A stretch of DNA of 64,000 bases from Bacteroidia bacterium (lineage in GTDB: Bacteria; Bacteroidota; Bacteroidia; NS11-12g; UBA9320), in assembly GCA_965216465.1 (NCBI GenBank), contig CBDCFW010000005.1:1-64000 (forward strand), written 5' to 3'. Both the position numbers and the translations under genes were made by a program. The notes beneath the pieces are model-generated. The model worked only from the letters and a program-made list of their open reading frames with translations, searched no databases and was not told where the DNA came from. Positions 59,227 to 64,000 of this stretch are shown in pieces. How positions within the stretch are numbered: position 1 is the first letter of the stretch; each line of letters opens with the position of its first letter.

Positions 59227-60054
59227 TTAGGGTAAACTATTCTGAAACTGTTTATACCGTGCCTCAAAGGTTTGACCTTCCTTTCCTCCAAGGGAAGTCC
59301 AATGGGCATTTATAGCCTCTACACGGTTATCCGGGTTCGGATGGGTGCTTAAGAACTGAGGACCGCTGCCACCACCAGAAGCGATGATCTTTTCAAAGAA
59401 TTTGGCTGCACCTCGTGCGTCATAAGCTGTTGGATATAAATATTCAACCGATCTCATATCTGATTCGGTTTCATTATCTCTACTGTAACTAAGATTGATT
59501 AAGCCTTTGGCAATCTGCGATAATGTTCCTTGATTGTTTCCTAATAAAACACTGAATAATACATCAATTCCATAAGCTTTGGTAAGTGCTTCAGTCGAAT
59601 GTCTTTCATCGGCATGAGCAATTTCATGTGCCATAACACCTGCAAATTCGTGCTCTGCAGCCAAAAACTTAATGATTCCGGTATACACATAAATGTAGCC
59701 ACCAGGGGTGCAAAATGCATTAAGTGTGCTATCGTCTTCAATTATGCGCACCCTCCAAACAAAATCGTCTTTATGAACCACATTCCCTGAATTAAGAATG
59801 CTATCGCGTATCGCATATAGGTAACCGTACGCTTCAGGATATAGAGCACTATCTAATACGGGATAAGTAACTTCATCTCCGTCGATTTCTGCAGCGACTT
59901 GAGCTCCAAAAGTTTTGTCATCCTCTAAGGTAAATAGGTTTATTCCTCCACCACCGGGTTCGTCGCTACAAGAATACAGCGATAACAGCCCTATAAAACA
60001 TAGGGTTAATACACTTCCTTTTAAAACCTTAATTAAGTTCATATAAGCTTCCAC
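59227..60054 (-). CDS. M48 family zinc metallopeptidase lipoprotein
   Basis: NAFCTPGG, VMAHEIAH, YSR..E.ESD and FLSTHP; lipobox LYSC. Start may be ATG at 60042. Confidence 0.92.
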   Translation of the reverse strand: MEAYMNLIKVLKGSVLTLCFIGLLSLYSCSDEPGGGGINLFTLEDDKTFGAQVAAEIDGDEVTYPVLDSALYPEAYGYLYAIRDSILNSGNVVHKDDFVWRVRIIEDDSTLNAFCTPGGYIYVYTGIIKFLAAEHEFAGVMAHEIAHADERHSTEALTKAYGIDVLFSVLLGNNQGTLSQIAKGLINLSYSRDNETESDMRSVEYLYPTAYDARGAAKFFEKIIASGGGSGPQFLSTHPNPDNRVEAINAHWTSLGGKEGQTFEARYKQFQNSLP

Positions 60055-62373
60055 TTAAAACGGATAACCGACGGCAAAATTAACCGCACTGTTGTCAAAT
60101 ATCCATCCTTTGCTAAAAAAATCTTGAATCACCCATCTATTTCCTTCTGCGTATGAGGGATCATGCAGGGCAACGCCCCAATCTACTCGAAATACTACGT
60201 AGGTAAAATCGAAACGCAAACCGGCTCCACTATTGATAGCTATCTCTTTATAAAAACGGTCAAATTTAAATTCCGCGTTTTTAAAGTTATCGTCTTCTCT
60301 AAAATTCCACATGTTTCCGGCATCAACAAAAACAGCACCGTCAACATATTTATCGATAATGTCAAAGCGATACTCAACATTACCTTGAATCATCATTTCG
60401 CCGGTTTTTTCAATTGAGATTGCACTTGCAGAATCGCTGAAGCTTCCCGGACCAATGGTTCTTGGCCTCCATGCTCTCAAGCCATTTCCTCCACCCACAA
60501 AAAATCTACGTTCGTAAGGTAAAAACTCCGTATTCCCATAAGGCACACCTGCACCCCCATAAAATCGATAAGCAAAAGAATTATTTTCATCGATGATGTG
60601 AGTAAATGCTACATCAATATCTGAACGTGCATATTGTGAGTATTTAACATTAAATATCTCTTTATTGATTCCTTGTTGCTGGGTAAAAAGACGATAGTAC
60701 AATGAAATTAGATTTCCCGAAAGCTCCAAGGCATTGCTTCGAATAACCCAATAATTGTTTGGATCTGCACTCTTATTATCCCAATAGACAAAGGCTGTAG
60801 GACCAGCGATCACATTGTTAGTAAGGAGTTGCGTAGTATAAAAACGCGTTTCAGGATCCAATGAAAGCAAAAACTCTGGTTCAACCGCCGCCTGGTTCAG
60901 ACTAATTCTCATGGGTGTTAATCGATACGATATTCCATTGCGGGTTAGGTTGTAGGTATAGTTAAAGGGGAAAACGTTTCTGGTATAGTTTATATTCTTA
61001 TCATACAGGTAAGAGACATTGAACTTTGTACTCTTTCTCGTTAAATTTTCATAAAATGTTTTACGTTCGAGGTATACCAACGAAGGAACCACAAATTCAG
61101 CAGTAACACTTTGTCTGAAATTATAAAACGTACCATTTCCATCGCTCTTTAATTGTGTTTCTAGTGCGGTAAACGCACTGATATTAAACGACTCTGCCCC
61201 TCCAAACACATTTCGGTTTCTCAAGTTTAGGTTGTTTGCAATACCAAAGTTAGGAACCGAGTTACTTTGAATACCATTGCTCTGCTCAGTTGTAATCATT
61301 TGAGGCTCCCATGTGAAATCATGCTTTGCTGCAGTTTGCAGATTTACATGTGCCACTAAACCTTCTGTGCTATCACTAGGGGCTGGACTGAAACTAATCG
61401 TGACAAAGTTGAATAAGCCCATCGACAATAGGTTAGAGTATGATTTCTGAACTTTACTAGCGTTGTACAATTCTCCTGGTCTAAGCACAACGTTTCGGGC
61501 CAGAGCTGCTGGTTTGATGTAGTAATCTCCTTCAATAAACTTTAGGCCATCAAAAAGAAGTGTGTCCATTTTACTTCCAGAACCAACAACGATTATAACG
61601 TCTTTAATGGTTTGCTGAAAATGTGGCTCATAGTTCTTTTTATTTCTTATGTTAACGACGATATCAGCTTTTAGCGGATTCTGGTTTGTATCTACTTGAA
61701 AGTCGATATAGGAACTGTTGAAGTAGTAATAACCATTGTTTCTCAGCATTGCAGTCAACCGGTTTCGTTCATCTTCAATCTTCTCCAGATCGAGCCGCTG
61801 CCCTACCTTTATCAATTGAAGGTCTTTGTTTTCCTCCAAGAGTATATCAATAGTTCTTGACGTTGCATTGTGCTCCACCTTGCTAATGGTATGATAGCTA
61901 CCCAAGTCAACATTATAAGAAACAACAGCACGCTTCTTCATTTCGATAAAGCCTAGAGCTTTCTTGTTCTTAACTGTGTAGTCAACTTTGTTTTCTAAAA
62001 AGCCTTTACTGAAATAATAATCTGATAATTTTCGAGAGGCTAAATCAATTTGGTTGCTGTCAAGTAAAACAGGTGGTTCACCAATCTTTTCAGCCAATTT
62101 TCGGTGCCATGACTTCTTTTTACGAATACCCAACCCCTTATTACCATATTGGTATGCCCACAAATGGAACCGAACAAATCCCAACAGTTTTCGATTGGGC
62201 TTGGGTTTTAAATTATCGCGCTCATCTCTAAGGTCAACTCCTTTGGAATCTCCTCTTTCTATTTTGTGATGGATGAGCAGCTGCTTGTCTTCAGGTACTA
62301 CCTTGGTGATATTACATGCCGAAGCACTAATTATCACCAAAAGTATGAAGCAATATTTTAGATTTGTATTCAA
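60055..62373 (-). CDS. tamL: Omp85/BamA-TamA family outer-membrane lipoprotein (TamL-like)
   Basis: Lipobox ASAC, GEPPV, POTRA domains (L.N.GYY.F), FVGG.NGLRAW (VRGY-equivalent loop), and a C-terminal NFAVGYPF beta signal; likely TTG start at 62373. Confidence 0.85.
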   Translation of the reverse strand: MNTNLKYCFILLVIISASACNITKVVPEDKQLLIHHKIERGDSKGVDLRDERDNLKPKPNRKLLGFVRFHLWAYQYGNKGLGIRKKKSWHRKLAEKIGEPPVLLDSNQIDLASRKLSDYYFSKGFLENKVDYTVKNKKALGFIEMKKRAVVSYNVDLGSYHTISKVEHNATSRTIDILLEENKDLQLIKVGQRLDLEKIEDERNRLTAMLRNNGYYYFNSSYIDFQVDTNQNPLKADIVVNIRNKKNYEPHFQQTIKDVIIVVGSGSKMDTLLFDGLKFIEGDYYIKPAALARNVVLRPGELYNASKVQKSYSNLLSMGLFNFVTISFSPAPSDSTEGLVAHVNLQTAAKHDFTWEPQMITTEQSNGIQSNSVPNFGIANNLNLRNRNVFGGAESFNISAFTALETQLKSDGNGTFYNFRQSVTAEFVVPSLVYLERKTFYENLTRKSTKFNVSYLYDKNINYTRNVFPFNYTYNLTRNGISYRLTPMRISLNQAAVEPEFLLSLDPETRFYTTQLLTNNVIAGPTAFVYWDNKSADPNNYWVIRSNALELSGNLISLYYRLFTQQQGINKEIFNVKYSQYARSDIDVAFTHIIDENNSFAYRFYGGAGVPYGNTEFLPYERRFFVGGGNGLRAWRPRTIGPGSFSDSASAISIEKTGEMMIQGNVEYRFDIIDKYVDGAVFVDAGNMWNFREDDNFKNAEFKFDRFYKEIAINSGAGLRFDFTYVVFRVDWGVALHDPSYAEGNRWVIQDFFSKGWIFDNSAVNFAVGYPF

Positions 62374-62383
62374 ATTTTCAGAA

Positions 62384-63100
62384 TTGCCAAGTAAAGCTAA
62401 GCTAAAACAGTACCAACAATTACACGCTAAAAAGTTTCGACAAAAATATGGTCTATTTGTTGTCGAAGGCCTAAAATCTGTAAACGAATTGAACGAAAGT
62501 GACTGGCCTGTGGAGTGTATTCTATGCACTAATTCCTTTATAGAAGATTTTGGCCATGAAATTAACTACGAATACCAGGTTGTTGAACCGGAGGATTTCT
62601 ATAAAATATCAAATCAAAAAAATCCACAAGAAGTATTAGCGATTGCTAAAATTCATAAGCCTCAAACGACAAATTCAGCTTGGCAAATTGCACTCGACAA
62701 CATTAATGATCCGGGCAACTTAGGCACCATTATTCGAATTGCTGATTGGTACGGTATCACTGAGATTTTTTGTTCACCAGATTGCGTTGATCAATTTAAC
62801 GCAAAGGTAATTCAAGCCAGTATGGGGTCTTTCTTACGTGTAAAGATCACTGTAGGACCACTAGCTGAATTGCTTGCCACCAAAAATGTTTATGCCACCT
62901 TGCTTGAAGGCGAAAATATTCGTTCTATTCCGAAAGCTGAGTCCGGCGTTCTTCTTATAGGTAACGAGGCAAACGGAATTTCTGCTGTTCTTTTAAATGC
63001 AATAAATACAACAGCGGTTACCATACCTCGAGTTGGGAGTGCTGAAAGCTTGAACGCAGGAATTGCAACCGCTATTTGTTGTGAACGCTTAATTGGCTAA
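62384..63100 (+). CDS. TrmH/SpoU family RNA methyltransferase
   Basis: KKFR..GLFVVEG.K, DPGNLGTIIR.ADWYG, GNEA.GIS and ESLNAGIA; likely TTG start at 62384. Confidence 0.92.
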   Translation: MPSKAKLKQYQQLHAKKFRQKYGLFVVEGLKSVNELNESDWPVECILCTNSFIEDFGHEINYEYQVVEPEDFYKISNQKNPQEVLAIAKIHKPQTTNSAWQIALDNINDPGNLGTIIRIADWYGITEIFCSPDCVDQFNAKVIQASMGSFLRVKITVGPLAELLATKNVYATLLEGENIRSIPKAESGVLLIGNEANGISAVLLNAINTTAVTIPRVGSAESLNAGIATAICCERLIG

Positions 63101-63124
63101 AATACTCACTATCAAATAAAAAGA

Positions 63125-63132
63125 TACCTTTG
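63125..63132 (+). promoter_or_regulatory. Bacteroidota -7 promoter element for the DEAD-box helicase
   Basis: TACCTTTG followed by an approximately 80-nt leader. Confidence 0.6.
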
Positions 63133-63213
63133 CAGAAATTTTAGCAGACGGGCATCTCGGGTTTTACTATTTTTTTGTCGTAATGTGCTCAATTGCTAAG
63201 TAGATATTACAAT

Positions 63214-64000
63214 ATGAGTACATTTAAAGAAATGGGGTTAAAGCCTGAAATTTTAACCGCCATAGAAGAGTTGGGTTACGAAAACCCAACACCCATTCAG
63301 AAGCTGTCTATTCCACATGTATTGAGCCAACCTGAAGATTTAATCGCCTTTGCTCAAACGGGTACCGGTAAAACAGCTGCTTTTAGCCTTCCAATTTTAA
63401 ATCAAATTGACACCAATAAAAAAGGTATAAAATGCATCATTTTAAGTCCTACTCGAGAGTTAGGCATTCAAATTACGGAAGACATTAAACTCTACTCCAA
63501 AAACTTAGAGAATTTTAAAGTTGTTCCTGTCTACGGAGGCGCTGCCATTGAAAATCAGATTAAGCAATTAAATCGCGGATGTGATGTTGTTGTTGGTACG
63601 CCAGGAAGAACACTCGATTTGATTAAACGCGGTCGACTTCAGCTTGATAGTGTGCAGTGGTTAGTACTTGATGAAGCAGACGAAATGCTTAGCATGGGAT
63701 TTGCGGAAGATTTAGATGCAATTCTTGACACCACACCTGAAGACAAACAAACCTTACTGTTTTCGGCAACAATGCCTCCTGACATGCTTAAGCTTTCGCG
63801 TAAGTATATGCACAACCCTGTTGAAGTTTCTGCAGGAAGCAAGCAAGAAGCAAACACCAATGTTCATCACGTATACTACAGAATTAACTCAAGAGACCGC
63901 TATGCGGCGTTAAAAAGAGCTGTTGATGCTCATCCAGATATTTACGGAATCATTTTCTGTCGAACTCGAGCAGAAACGAAAGAAGTTGCTGAAAAACTTG
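63214..64000 (+). CDS. DEAD-box RNA helicase (3' end outside window; missing from ORF track)
   Basis: Translated by hand: MSTFKEMGL, Q motif GYENPTPIQ, AQTGTGKT, SPTREL, GTPGR, LDEADEML, FSAT and IIFCRT. Confidence 0.95.
   Translation, partial: MSTFKEMGLKPEILTAIEELGYENPTPIQKLSIPHVLSQPEDLIAFAQTGTGKTAAFSLPILNQIDTNKKGIKCIILSPTRELGIQITEDIKLYSKNLENFKVVPVYGGAAIENQIKQLNRGCDVVVGTPGRTLDLIKRGRLQLDSVQWLVLDEADEMLSMGFAEDLDAILDTTPEDKQTLLFSATMPPDMLKLSRKYMHNPVEVSAGSKQEANTNVHHVYYRINSRDRYAALKRAVDAHPDIYGIIFCRTRAETKEVAEKL

Noticed and set aside
62273-62529. Long N-terminal extensions of tamL and trmH in the ORF track, implying 250 bp of dual coding
   Set aside because: The extensions precede the lipoprotein signal and the conserved TrmH N-terminus, and look like chance open frames.
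186-63913. Numerous 60-120 aa ORFs antisense or out of frame within recognised genes
   Set aside because: They have no recognisable motifs and are explained as shadows of real genes.

Overview
A gene-dense, AT-rich chromosomal window from a free-living member of the Bacteroidota. The assignment rests on TAnnTTTG -7 promoter elements, no obvious Shine-Dalgarno motifs, T9SS type-A C-terminal domains, an S46 dipeptidyl peptidase and a TamL-type Omp85 lipoprotein. Housekeeping content: thrS-infC-rpmI-rplT, folD-queE, efp, trxB, lysA, tamL/trmH and a partial DEAD-box helicase. Amino-acid catabolism: two hmgA paralogues, hppD, kmo, aspA, speB and cystathionine beta-synthase. There is also a Lol-like ABC system with a duplicated permease. 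The most notable accessory loci are two nutrient-scavenging operons of parallel design. (1) A cobalamin-riboswitch operon encodes a BtuB-like TonB receptor, a tandem-DUF4465 protein, a BtuH-like protein and a BtuG-like lipoprotein; the middle two carry T9SS sorting domains instead of lipid anchors. (2) A heme-uptake operon encodes a T9SS-sorted tandem-HmuY protein, a TonB receptor and a HmuY lipoprotein, opposite a divergent AraC regulator with a candidate 21-bp-spaced direct-repeat operator. Other oddities: a frameshifted cysteine desulfurase, a Fic gene flanked by a duplicated palindromic operator and a G-tract tandem repeat, and candidate structured RNA leaders before rplT and the DEAD helicase. 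I saw no rRNA, tRNA, CRISPR array, transposase or integrase. All calls come from reading motifs by eye; no database searches were run.
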